This document shows positions 50,853 through 59,463 of a DNA stretch of 64,000 nt, piece by piece; positions within the stretch are counted from its first letter, which is position 1, and each line of letters begins with the position of its first letter. The DNA is from Myxococcota bacterium (GTDB lineage Bacteria > Myxococcota_A > UBA9160 > JAFDDA01): contig OZ245817.1 of assembly GCA_965228475.1 (NCBI GenBank), positions 2,080,001 through 2,144,000 of the forward strand, in the 5' to 3' direction. A program made the position numbers and the translations under genes. The notes under the pieces were generated by a model that saw only the letters and a list, made by a program, of their open reading frames with translations, had not been told where the DNA came from and searched no databases.

Positions 50853-51771
50853 CGGCCGGGTCCTCCGTCGAGCGCGGGGCTGGGGCGGCGGGCATCGTGC
50901 CCTCCGCCGGAGGCGCACCGGGATTCAGGGGCGCCGGATGGATGGGGCCCGGAAGGAGCGCCGCGGAGTCGGCCATGCCGCGCGCCTTCTTCTCGACCAG
51001 CTCGGCGGGCACCGGGCGCACGCTCTTCCCGTAGGCGGCGAGCAGGACGCGGTCGGCCAGCAGGTTGATCAGGCGCGGGCAGCCGCGGGAGAACTCGTAG
51101 AAGACCTTCTCGACGCCGGGCCCGAAGACCTCCTCGTAGCGGCCTCCGGCGACTTCGATGCGGTGCGTGAGGTAGGCGGTGATCTCTTCGGGCAGGAGGG
51201 ACTCCACGTGGTGTTCGAGGGCGATGCGCTGCCGCAGGGGCCGGAGGGCCGGGTCGGCGAGGGTGGCGCGCAGCTCCGGCTGTCCGGTCAGCACGATCTG
51301 CAGGAGCTTCTCCGTATCCGTCTCGAGATTCGAGAGCAGCCGCACTTCTTCGAGCGCCACGCCGTCGAGGTTCTGCGCCTCGTCGATGATCAGGACGACG
51401 TTTCGGCCGTCGGCGAGGCGGTCGAGCAGGAAGGAGTTCAGCGCGATCACGTAGTCGGCTTTGGTCTCGAGTTCACCCTTCACGCCGAGCTCGCGAACGA
51501 TCAGCTTCAGCAGGTCGAGCGGGCCGAGGCCGGCGGTGTTCAGGATCAGCGCGGTGTCGGTCTCGTCCGGCACGCGTTCGAGCGCGGCGCGCAGCAGCGT
51601 CGTCTTGCCCGCGCCGACCTCGCCGGTCAGCAGCAGGAACCCGCGGCGGCTCTCGATGCCGTAGCAGAGCGCGCCGAGGCCTTCCTCGTGCGTTTCCGAC
51701 GGCCAGAGAAATCGCGGATCCGGCGTCAGCGAGAAGGCGGATTCCCGCATGCCGAAGAACGACTCGTACAT
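50845..51771 (-). CDS. ExeA-family AAA ATPase (type associated with PEP-CTERM/EPS loci)
   Basis: MYESFFG..FSLTPDPRF, GEVGAGKTT, IIDEAQNL, LTGQPEL and GCPRLIN. Confidence 0.92.
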   Translation of the reverse strand: MYESFFGMRESAFSLTPDPRFLWPSETHEEGLGALCYGIESRRGFLLLTGEVGAGKTTLLRAALERVPDETDTALILNTAGLGPLDLLKLIVRELGVKGELETKADYVIALNSFLLDRLADGRNVVLIIDEAQNLDGVALEEVRLLSNLETDTEKLLQIVLTGQPELRATLADPALRPLRQRIALEHHVESLLPEEITAYLTHRIEVAGGRYEEVFGPGVEKVFYEFSRGCPRLINLLADRVLLAAYGKSVRPVPAELVEKKARGMADSAALLPGPIHPAPLNPGAPPAEGTMPAAPAPRSTEDPADG

Positions 51772-51916
51772 CGCGAAAACGTTACCTCACTTCCCAGGGC
51801 CACCCCCGGGGGGTGCGCACCGCACGCTTCCCGAGTGAGAGTCCCTTTGTGGCTCGCGAGTGACGGGCGGTTGCGGACGGATTGCCACAATTCCGGGGCG
51901 GCTCCCGTCCGCCGCG

Positions 51917-51932
51917 TGTGACATCTCTGAAA
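51917..51932. promoter_or_regulatory. Weak Crp-family site candidate TGTGA-CATCTC-TGAAA
   Basis: One perfect half-site and one degenerate half-site upstream of the exeA-capB-wzz-wzy operon. Confidence 0.3.
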
Positions 51933-52074
51933 CTTGTGCCTGAACAAGCTCGGAACCACAAGGTTTTCCGACCCGAAGTCCGTTTCTGCAGCTATCGTCG
52001 CCCGCGGTGAACGGAGTTCGAAGAAAGCGCGCAACCTTCTCCCTCCCGAAGCCCACTCACTCCTTGGACCCTGG

Positions 52075-52090
52075 AGTGATCCTCGTCACC
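52075..52090. promoter_or_regulatory. Crp-family binding site candidate AGTGA-TCCTCG-TCACC
   Basis: Perfect GTGA-N6-TCAC core, about 90 bp upstream of the priming sugar transferase. Confidence 0.55.
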
Positions 52091-52177
52091 GCTTGGCGGA
52101 GTCGCTCGACCTAAACCTAGACGCACCGCGTCGCTCAGCGGCCCTCGCCGGAGCGGCGCCCTTCGCGGAAGAAGACG

Positions 52178-53584
52178 TTGTCCATGCTGAAGTCCCATGC
52201 CCGCCAGCTCCACACGCTGATCCTTTCGGCCGACCTTCTCCTCTCGGCCGCGGTCTTCGTGGGAGCCCTCTCGCTCTTCGGTGCCCTCGACATCGACGAA
52301 GGGTCGGCCCTCAGTCTGATCGGGCTCGGCGCGGTCTCCTGTTTCGCCTGGCCGATCACCCTCGATCAGCTCGAACTCTACGGCTCCCAGCGTCGGAGCG
52401 ATTGGATCTCGCGCGCGGCCGGGCTCGTGCTCGCCGCGTGCGTCGTGACGGGGCTGACGCTCTCCACCTGGATGCTGCTCCGGCCGCCGGTGCCGTACTC
52501 GCTGCCGCTGCTTTGCGGCGCCGCCCAGCTCGCACTGCTCGGCAGCGTGCGCTTCCTGATCTGGGGCGGGCTCTGGGCGATGCGCCGGCGGGGCCGCAAC
52601 TACCGCAACGTGCTGATCTTCGGCACGGGGGAGCGCGCGGCGCAGGTCGGGGCCGAGATCGAGGCGAACCCCGGCTGGGGCCTGCGCGTGGTCGCCTTCG
52701 TCGACGACCGCGACACGCCGGTCGACGAGCGCGTCCCCACCGACCGCGTCCACAAGCTCTGGGACCTCGAAGACCTGCTGCGCGACCACGTGATCGACGA
52801 GGCGCTGCTCGCCTGCCCGCGCAGCATGATGGGCTCGATCGCACCGGCCGTGGCGATCCTCTCGGAGGCCGGCGTCCCGGTGACGCTGCTCTCGGATCTG
52901 TTCGGCGACATGGTGCCGCCGCCGCGCGTCACCCGCTTCGGCTCGATGGCCGCACTCTCCTTCGCGCCGGTCCACCACAGCAAGATGAAGCTCGCCCTGA
53001 AGCGCGGTGGCGACCTCGTCGCGACGACGCTGCTCTCGGTGGTGGCGCTCCCGATCGTCGGCCTCGCGGCGCTCGCGATCAAGCTGACCTCGCCCGGGCC
53101 GGTCTTCTTCCGCCAGGTCCGCAGCGGACTGAACGGTCACACCTTCGAGATGTTCAAGCTGCGCACGATGTACGTCGACGCCGAGGCCCGGAAGGCCGAC
53201 CTGCTCGAGCTGAACGAGATGGACGGCCCCGTCTTCAAGATCAAGAACGATCCGCGCATCACGCCGGTCGGCGGGTTCCTGCGCCGCTTCAGCATCGACG
53301 AGCTGCCGCAGCTCTGGAACGTCCTGCGCGGCGACATGAGCATCGTGGGCCCGCGGCCGCCGCTTCCGAGCGAGGTGAGCCAGTACCGCAACCGGGACCG
53401 ACGGCGCCTCTCCATGCGGCCGGGCCTGACCTGTCTGTGGCAGGTGAGCGGGCGCAACACGATCGGCTTCGACGATTGGGTCCAGCTCGACCTCGAGTAC
53501 ATCGACCGCTGGAACCTGGGCTCCGACGCCAAGATCCTGCTCAAGACGCCCGCCGCGGTCTTCCGCGCGAAGGGCGCGAGCTAG
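52178..53584 (+). CDS. Priming polyprenyl-phosphate sugar transferase (WcaJ/WbaP-type)
   Basis: N-terminal TMs; KRGGD, FKLRTM, DPRIT, SIDELPQLWNVLRGDMSIVGPRP and RPGLTCLWQV; start TTG 52178 or ATG 52184. Confidence 0.95.
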   Translation: MSMLKSHARQLHTLILSADLLLSAAVFVGALSLFGALDIDEGSALSLIGLGAVSCFAWPITLDQLELYGSQRRSDWISRAAGLVLAACVVTGLTLSTWMLLRPPVPYSLPLLCGAAQLALLGSVRFLIWGGLWAMRRRGRNYRNVLIFGTGERAAQVGAEIEANPGWGLRVVAFVDDRDTPVDERVPTDRVHKLWDLEDLLRDHVIDEALLACPRSMMGSIAPAVAILSEAGVPVTLLSDLFGDMVPPPRVTRFGSMAALSFAPVHHSKMKLALKRGGDLVATTLLSVVALPIVGLAALAIKLTSPGPVFFRQVRSGLNGHTFEMFKLRTMYVDAEARKADLLELNEMDGPVFKIKNDPRITPVGGFLRRFSIDELPQLWNVLRGDMSIVGPRPPLPSEVSQYRNRDRRRLSMRPGLTCLWQVSGRNTIGFDDWVQLDLEYIDRWNLGSDAKILLKTPAAVFRAKGAS

Positions 53585-53604
53585 GCCCGGATCCCGCGGC
53601 CCGC

Positions 53605-54129
53605 CTAGCGGGCCTCTCGCGAAACCAGACGGCCGGGCACGCCCACCACGACTCCCCCCGAAGGCACGTCCTCGAGGACGACGGCGTTGGCGCCGATCTT
53701 CGCGTGGGCGCCCACGCGGATGCCGCCCAGGATCTTCGCCCCGGCGCCCACGTCCACGTGTCCCTCGAGGACCGGGCAGCCCGGGCGCGGGCCCTCGCCG
53801 ACGGTGACCTGTTGGAAGAGCAGGCAGTTGGGACCGATCCGGGCGCGGGGATGGATCACGACCCCGTTCGGGTGCGGCAGGAGCAGGCCGCCTTCGATCT
53901 GGCAGTCGAGGGGAACGTCCGCGCCCGAGACCGCGGACCAGAAGCGGTGCGAAACCACGGCCAGGCGCGCGCGAAGCCCGCGGCTCGCCTGGTAGCGGCG
54001 CAGGGCGCCCAGCAGCTGACGGCCGGGTTCCCACTGCCAGCGATTCGCGAGCGCCTCGCGGGACCAGTCCGGGTCGACCGCGGAGATCGTCTCCTGTGCG
54101 GCCTCGTAGGCTGTTTCGCCGGATGCCAT
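53605..54129 (-). CDS. Serine O-acetyltransferase-like hexapeptide acetyltransferase (WcaB-like)
   Basis: PHPNGVVIH, QQVTVG, GAGAKILG and IGANAVV..DVP..VGVP. Confidence 0.85.
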   Translation of the reverse strand: MASGETAYEAAQETISAVDPDWSREALANRWQWEPGRQLLGALRRYQASRGLRARLAVVSHRFWSAVSGADVPLDCQIEGGLLLPHPNGVVIHPRARIGPNCLLFQQVTVGEGPRPGCPVLEGHVDVGAGAKILGGIRVGAHAKIGANAVVLEDVPSGGVVVGVPGRLVSREAR

Positions 54130-54241
54130 CGGCCGAGTGTAGTGGATCGGCGTTCGGGCTCACGGCGGCGTGGGCCGCCCGGGAGTCTCCTCCCGGACGG
54201 CCGGTGCCCGAGCCCCCATGATTGGCAACCGGAGAAAGCGT

Positions 54242-54706
54242 TCAGAGCACGATCGTCTGGGTCGACAGCGGCGACTCGCCGGCCTCGTTGTACAGGCTGG
54301 CCTTGAACTCGCCGTTGCCGCTGAAGCGCACGAACCAGAGCGAGAGCTCGGGGACCTCGCCGCTGCGGTCGATCTGCGCCGAGAGCGTCACGCCGAGCGT
54401 GTTGCCCGACGGATCGATCAGCTCGTACTCGAGGAACTCGGTGCCGTTCTCCTCGACGGTATCCGTGAACCGGATCTCCGAGAGCGGCTCGAACTCCCCG
54501 GTGACCTCGGACTTGCGCCACATCCAGATGCCGCCGATCGGACCGTCGTCCAGGGCGGGGACCTGCATGCGGAGCACCTTCACGTGCTCGGGAATGATCT
54601 GTTGCGTGACGAGATTCGGATCGACGGGGCCGCAGGCCACGGTGCCGAGAAGCAGCGTGGTCGCGAGCATCACCGCCGGGGTGGCGAAGCGGTGCGAACG
54701 TGACAT
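54242..54706 (-). CDS. Hypothetical lipoprotein
   Basis: Hydrophobic signal ending in lipobox TVAC; GGAG RBS; acidic, beta-rich mature part. Confidence 0.7.
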   Translation of the reverse strand: MSRSHRFATPAVMLATTLLLGTVACGPVDPNLVTQQIIPEHVKVLRMQVPALDDGPIGGIWMWRKSEVTGEFEPLSEIRFTDTVEENGTEFLEYELIDPSGNTLGVTLSAQIDRSGEVPELSLWFVRFSGNGEFKASLYNEAGESPLSTQTIVL

Positions 54707-54782
54707 CGGAACTCCCTCCGCGAGTCCGGCTCCGAAGAGCCCCTCGCTGGGAATGCCGATCGGCCCTGGGCGGGCGCCCGGT

Positions 54783-54798
54783 TGTAAGGGGGATCACG
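54783..54798. promoter_or_regulatory. Crp-family binding site candidate TGTAA-GGGGGA-TCACG
   Basis: 8/10 match to TGTGA-N6-TCACA, about 77 bp upstream of the lipoprotein gene. Confidence 0.4.
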
Positions 54799-54844
54799 AA
54801 TCGTTGGGATTTCTAGACGAAACCGGCGGAGGGCTTCGAGAGGC

Positions 54845-55609
54845 CTAGCCCTGGGGGCTCTCGGGGGCCTCCTGCGGCCAATGGCTGCCGAGCAGGACGT
54901 CGAGGTCGCCCCCGAACTCGACGAGCCGGCTGCGGCCCGCCAGGCGCTCCTCCTCCCCGGAGAGGGGCGTGGAGATGCGGACCACCGCCCCGTCGGCGCG
55001 GTCGTGGCGCAGGCGGCCGAGGAACCGGTCCCAGGTCTGATCGACCGCGTCGAGCATGCCGGTGCTGCGGTGGGAGCGGTACCAGAAGTGGACGAGGGCG
55101 AGGCTGCCGTTCTTCTCGACGAGCATCTCGTGCGCACGCAGCCCGCGCTCGGCGTCGACGGTCACGGTCTGCGTTTCCGTGATGGCCCAGCCGGCGTTCG
55201 GGTAGCAGACCCAGGGCGTGTGTTCGGGGCGGCCACCCCGATCGGTCCCGTAGTAGCCGACGTACACGCCGATGCGTACGCCGAGCGGGTGGACGTAGGC
55301 GCGCTGGAGGTTGTGGTCGGCGCGCAGGATCGCTTCGACTTCGGAGTCGAGGGGGATGTCGAGCGCATCCCATTCCCCGATCCGCGCGGGGACGCCGTCG
55401 AGGGGCGTCGCGTCGACGGCCAGGGGCTCGCGGAGCTGGAAGGACCAGGCCAGCGCGCCGACGGCGAGGAGCACGGTCGTGAGCACGGCGATCTGCAGGC
55501 GCTCGGCGCGTTTGCGCCGGGCGGCCTCGGCACTCGGCACGTCGGCCGGTGCGGCTTCGGCGGGGGGCCGCGTGGCTTCGGGCGGACTGGGGTCGGGGGC
55601 TTCGCTCAC
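54845..55609 (-). CDS. epsI: EpsI family exosortase-associated periplasmic protein
   Basis: TM anchor; P.RIGEW, RAY, YVGYY, HTPWVCYPNAGW, FWY and DGAVVRIS. Confidence 0.88.
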   Translation of the reverse strand: MSEAPDPSPPEATRPPAEAAPADVPSAEAARRKRAERLQIAVLTTVLLAVGALAWSFQLREPLAVDATPLDGVPARIGEWDALDIPLDSEVEAILRADHNLQRAYVHPLGVRIGVYVGYYGTDRGGRPEHTPWVCYPNAGWAITETQTVTVDAERGLRAHEMLVEKNGSLALVHFWYRSHRSTGMLDAVDQTWDRFLGRLRHDRADGAVVRISTPLSGEEERLAGRSRLVEFGGDLDVLLGSHWPQEAPESPQG

Positions 55610-56490
55610 GGCGGGGACGAGGGTAGCGGGGCCTTCGGCTTCGCGGAGAGCGAGAACGCGAGAAGCGCCATCGTCGCGGTGAGTGCCCAGGGCGCGACGT
55701 CGAGGAAGAACCGCACGTCGAGGGGCGCGCTCATGCCGAGCAAGCCGCCGGCGAGGGCGATGGCGAGGATCTCGAGCGGTGCAAACAGCAGGCTCGCCGC
55801 GAGTGCGCGCAGGAGGGTCGTGAGGACCGGCCAGCCCCAGCGCAGCCCCGCATACCAGCCGAGCCCGAAGAGCAGGACGGCCACCGAGAGGCCGCCGTCC
55901 CGGTCGAAGAGCCCTAGGGTCTCGGCGCCGACGTGGAGCGTGGTCTCGTAGCGGTCGGCCTCGACCAGGGCCGGGAAGCCCGCCGCGCGCAGGACCCGTG
56001 CCGCAACTCCGGCGAAGGCCGCCTCGAGCCCGGGCGACCCGAGCGACACCAAAGCGTGGGGAACCGGCACAAACCCGAACAGCAGGAGTCCCGTCCGGAG
56101 GCGCGGGCGGCCGGTGAGCTGCGACACGCCGAGCGCGGCGACCGGCAGCAGGAGCCGCGCAGCCCGGGTGAAGCCGCCGGCGACGAGCAGGAGCTCCGCC
56201 GCGAGCGCGACGCCGAGCAGAAGCCAGCCGAGGCCCGGGCGGCGCGGGCCGGGAGCCTCGCGCAGGAGTTCCCGGGCGAAGAGCGGAATGAAGACGAGGC
56301 AGTAAGCTGCCCAGGGCCGCTCAACGAGATGTCTCGCGAGGTCGATGAGAACCGGGGAAAATGCCGCAAGAAGAAGCGACCAGCAGAGCCACTCCGGGGG
56401 AGCGGGAAGCGTCGACCCCGGGCCCGGCGCGGACGGAGCGGGGAATCGAGGCCCCGAGTCCGGAGCCGGGCGAGCGGGACCCTGCGGCAT
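55606..56490 (-). CDS. Exosortase-like multi-TM protein lacking catalytic residues
   Basis: Aligns by eye with the neighbouring exosortase (AFSPVL/VFSPAF, FVPVP/MVPVP, RVLRAAGFP/TVLRPLDVP) but has DRDGG in place of EACSG; its stop overlaps the epsI start. Confidence 0.65.
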   Translation of the reverse strand: MPQGPARPAPDSGPRFPAPSAPGPGSTLPAPPEWLCWSLLLAAFSPVLIDLARHLVERPWAAYCLVFIPLFARELLREAPGPRRPGLGWLLLGVALAAELLLVAGGFTRAARLLLPVAALGVSQLTGRPRLRTGLLLFGFVPVPHALVSLGSPGLEAAFAGVAARVLRAAGFPALVEADRYETTLHVGAETLGLFDRDGGLSVAVLLFGLGWYAGLRWGWPVLTTLLRALAASLLFAPLEILAIALAGGLLGMSAPLDVRFFLDVAPWALTATMALLAFSLSAKPKAPLPSSPP

Positions 56491-57356
56491 CGTCCGGGCT
56501 GGATAGCGGTTCGCTCGGGGGGAGGGAAGGGCCGTCGTCCGCCTTCGACGCGCTGCTGCTCGGCGCCGTGCTGCTCGTGTTCTCGCCGGCTTTCCTGGCC
56601 ATGGCCGAGGTCTGGGAGGTCGTCGACTACCAGGCGCACGGCTTCCTCGTCGGTCCGGTCGCGGCGGCGATGGCATGGTCACGCCGGGAGTCCTTCGCGG
56701 CGGCGAGTGCGCCGGGCGCGGGGCTCGGCCTCGTCCTGCTCGTGGCCGCGCTGCTCGCCTACGTCGCGGGGGTGATGGCGGAGGTGCTCTCGCTGCAGGG
56801 CGTGGCGCTGCCCCTCGCGCTCACCGGGCTCGTTCTCTGGCGGCGCGGCGGTGCCGCGTTGCGCGTGCTGGCGTTCCCGATCGCGTATCTGCTCTTCATG
56901 GTCCCCGTCCCGCCCCAGTGGCTGACGCCCCTCGTGACCAAGCTCCAGGCCTTCGTGACGAACGCCGCGATGACGGTGCTGCGCCCCCTCGACGTTCCGG
57001 TGCTGCAGGAAGGCAACGTGCTGGTCCTGCCCGAGGGCTCGCTGTTCGTGGCCGAGGCCTGCAGCGGGATCACCTCCATCGTCACGCTCCTGCCCGTGGC
57101 GGCCCTCCTGATCTTCCTGGCGCCGACGACCCGGCGGCAGTCGATCGGTCTGCTGCTCGCCGTCGTCCCGATCGCGATGTTCTGGAACCTGGTGCGGGTG
57201 CTCGTCACGGTCGCCGCCACGCGCCAGGTCGGCGTCGTCCAGGCGACGAGCGGTTCTCTCCACGATACGGCGGGAATGCTCACGTTCGTGGCGGGTTGCG
57301 TGACGCTTCTGCTCGTTTCCTTCCGGTTCGAGCCGCCGGAGCCTGCGCGCGCCTGA
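56361..57356 (+). CDS. Exosortase (EpsH/Xrt family)
   Basis: HGFLV, MVPVP, EGN, VAEACSG (Cys), NLVR (Arg) and LHD (His); true start uncertain. Confidence 0.93.
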   Translation: MPQEEATSRATPGEREASTPGPARTERGIEAPSPEPGERDPAASSGLDSGSLGGREGPSSAFDALLLGAVLLVFSPAFLAMAEVWEVVDYQAHGFLVGPVAAAMAWSRRESFAAASAPGAGLGLVLLVAALLAYVAGVMAEVLSLQGVALPLALTGLVLWRRGGAALRVLAFPIAYLLFMVPVPPQWLTPLVTKLQAFVTNAAMTVLRPLDVPVLQEGNVLVLPEGSLFVAEACSGITSIVTLLPVAALLIFLAPTTRRQSIGLLLAVVPIAMFWNLVRVLVTVAATRQVGVVQATSGSLHDTAGMLTFVAGCVTLLLVSFRFEPPEPARA

Positions 57357-57368
57357 GCGGCGAGCGCG

Positions 57369-57384
57369 CGTGACCCAGGTCACC
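57369..57384. promoter_or_regulatory. Crp-family binding site candidate CGTGA-CCCAGG-TCACC
   Basis: Perfect GTGA-N6-TCAC core, about 87 bp upstream of the PEP-CTERM gene. Confidence 0.55.
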
Positions 57385-57470
57385 GATCCCATTCGGCCTT
57401 TCCGAGTAACCTCGTCCTGCGACGGGGGCACTCACCGTCGAACGCCGCCGAACCCGGCCGAGGATTTTCC

Positions 57471-58151
57471 ATGCTGAAGCGCACCCACCGAACGCTCTCC
57501 CTGCTTTCCGCTCTCGCCGTCGGACTGTTGCTCGGCGCCACCGCCCAGGCGGCGCCCATCGCCGACGTCCTCTCGGGGACCGACGGCAACTTCCGCTTCT
57601 CTGTCGTGCACACGTCGACGGGCTGCAGCGATGGACAGTGCGGCTCGATCCTCGGCGAAGTCAGCCTCGGAGCTGGCGGTGGCAACTGGCTCTCGGACGG
57701 CACGAACGCCTTCCTCGACCTCGAACTCGACGTGAACGTCGGCGGCTCGATCTCGACCTACAACGCCAAGGGCGCCTTCAGCGAGACCGCGCTCACCGAC
57801 TTCGGCACCCAGGCCGACGTGCTGCTCGGTTCCCTCGACGTCACGCTGCTCTCCGGCGCCGACGACGCCGGCCTCGACGGCCTGACCTTCCTCTTCGAAG
57901 ATCGGAACTACTCGACGGCGGCCAACCCGCCGAACGGCCTGACCGGCAACATGCTGACGCTCTGGGGCGCCACGGCCTACACCGGAACGCCGACCCTCGG
58001 CTCCGCCCTCGACCTCGTGCCCGGTGGCATCGGCATCGACCTGCGCGTCGAGATCGGCCCGCCGATCCCGGAGCCCTCGGCCAAGCCGCTCTTCCTGGCC
58101 GGCATCGCGGTGGTGGCCTTCGGCGCCTCGCGCATGCGGCGCAGCGCCTAG
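57471..58151 (+). CDS. PEP-CTERM sorting domain protein
   Basis: Signal peptide ending AQA; C-terminal IPEPS + hydrophobic TM + RMRR; directly after the exosortase. Confidence 0.92.
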   Translation: MLKRTHRTLSLLSALAVGLLLGATAQAAPIADVLSGTDGNFRFSVVHTSTGCSDGQCGSILGEVSLGAGGGNWLSDGTNAFLDLELDVNVGGSISTYNAKGAFSETALTDFGTQADVLLGSLDVTLLSGADDAGLDGLTFLFEDRNYSTAANPPNGLTGNMLTLWGATAYTGTPTLGSALDLVPGGIGIDLRVEIGPPIPEPSAKPLFLAGIAVVAFGASRMRRSA

Positions 58152-58178
58152 CTCGCATCGGAACGGTTCTCTCCTCGG

Positions 58179-58206
58179 CGGGGGTCGCGGGTTGCCGCGG
58201 CCCCCG
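58179..58206. terminator. GC-rich hairpin between convergent genes (possible bidirectional terminator)
   Basis: CGGGGGTCGCGG-GTTG-CCGCGGCCCCCG 12-bp stem with one G-U pair; no clear U tract. Confidence 0.4.
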
Positions 58207-58238
58207 TCCTCGTTCGGGCAGCGTTCCGTGGCCGGGCG

Positions 58239-59381
58239 CTAGAGCGCCGCGAGCAGCCCGTCGATCTCGCCCTCGTCGTTGTAGAAGTGGGGCGATGCGC
58301 GGGCGCAGCCGCGCCGTGCGGCGAGCAGGAAACCCTCGCTGCGGAGCCGCCCGACGGTCCGCTTCGGCGCTTCGCCCGGCAGCTCGAAGGCCACGATCCC
58401 CGAAGCCTCCGCCCCGCGCGGGCTCACGACCCGGGCGCCCCGTTCCCGAAGGCCCTCGACGAGCCGCTCGGTGAGCGAGAGCACCCGCTCGGCGATCGCC
58501 TCGACCCCGAGTTCGAGCGTCAGGTCGATCGCGCCTCCGAGGGCGAAGATGCCGGGCGTGTTCGGGCTGCCCTCCTCGTAGCGCACCGCCGTCGCGGCCA
58601 GCTCGGTCTGGTAGGTGTCGAAGTCGTGGTTGTCGGCGACGCTGCGCCAGCCCACGACGCGCGGGACGAGCCGATCCTGGAGGGCTTCGGCGCAGTAGAA
58701 GATCCCGCAGCCCTCGATCGAGCAGAGCCACTTGTGGCCGTCCGCCGCGAGGAAGTCGATGCCGAGGGCGCCGACGTCGAGGGGCAGGCAGCCGACGCTC
58801 TGGATGGCGTCGACGCAGAAGAGTACGCCGCGCTCCCGGCACATCGCGGCGAGGGCGGCGAGATCGTTCCGCGCGCCCGAGCCGAACTCGACCGAGGAGA
58901 GCGCGAGCAGCCGCACGCGCGGCCCGGCGAGCGCCTGCTCGACGGTCTCGAGGGGGAGGCGCCCGTCCCGCCCCGGCAGCATCACGGTCTCGACGCCGCG
59001 GTCGCGAAGCGCCCACCAGGGGTAGACGTTCGAGGGGTATTCGAGGTCGCAGGCGAGGATCTGGTCGCCCGCCTGCCAGTCGAGCCCCTGGGCGACCAGG
59101 CCGAGGCCCTCGGTGGTGTTCTTCACGAAGGCGACCTCTTCCGGGCGCGCGCCGATCAGGGTCGCGGCGCGGCCGCGGACGCGCTCGATCTCGGCATCGT
59201 AGAAGGCGTCGTAGCGGAGCGCGCCGCGGGCGGTGGCCTCGGCGGCGTAGCGGGCCATGGCTTCCGCCGCGCGCGTGGAGATCGGCGCCACCGCAGCGTG
59301 GTTCAGGTAGACGATCTCGTTGCAGACCGGGAAGAAGGCGCGCGTCCGCGCCCACTGCTCCGGGGAGCGGCGGCTCGTCAT
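58239..59381 (-). CDS. Aminotransferase class V PLP-dependent enzyme (cysteine desulfurase / C-S lyase-like)
   Basis: YLNHAA, NTTEG, VDAIQ, ADGHKW (PLP Lys) and RASPHFYN. Confidence 0.88.
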   Translation of the reverse strand: MTSRRSPEQWARTRAFFPVCNEIVYLNHAAVAPISTRAAEAMARYAAEATARGALRYDAFYDAEIERVRGRAATLIGARPEEVAFVKNTTEGLGLVAQGLDWQAGDQILACDLEYPSNVYPWWALRDRGVETVMLPGRDGRLPLETVEQALAGPRVRLLALSSVEFGSGARNDLAALAAMCRERGVLFCVDAIQSVGCLPLDVGALGIDFLAADGHKWLCSIEGCGIFYCAEALQDRLVPRVVGWRSVADNHDFDTYQTELAATAVRYEEGSPNTPGIFALGGAIDLTLELGVEAIAERVLSLTERLVEGLRERGARVVSPRGAEASGIVAFELPGEAPKRTVGRLRSEGFLLAARRGCARASPHFYNDEGEIDGLLAAL

Positions 59382-59463
59382 CGTCGAAGCCGGAGCGGCA
59401 CGGGTTCTCCTTCGCCGGCGATCGGCGCTCGCGCCCTAGGATGGTCCTTCGGAGCCGTCGCGG

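Noticed and set aside
51873..51890. Sigma-54-like TGGCA-N-CCGCA on the minus strand upstream of exeA
   Set aside because: GG-N10-GC spacing is right, but the -12 element lacks TT and no PrsR-type activator is in the window; too weak
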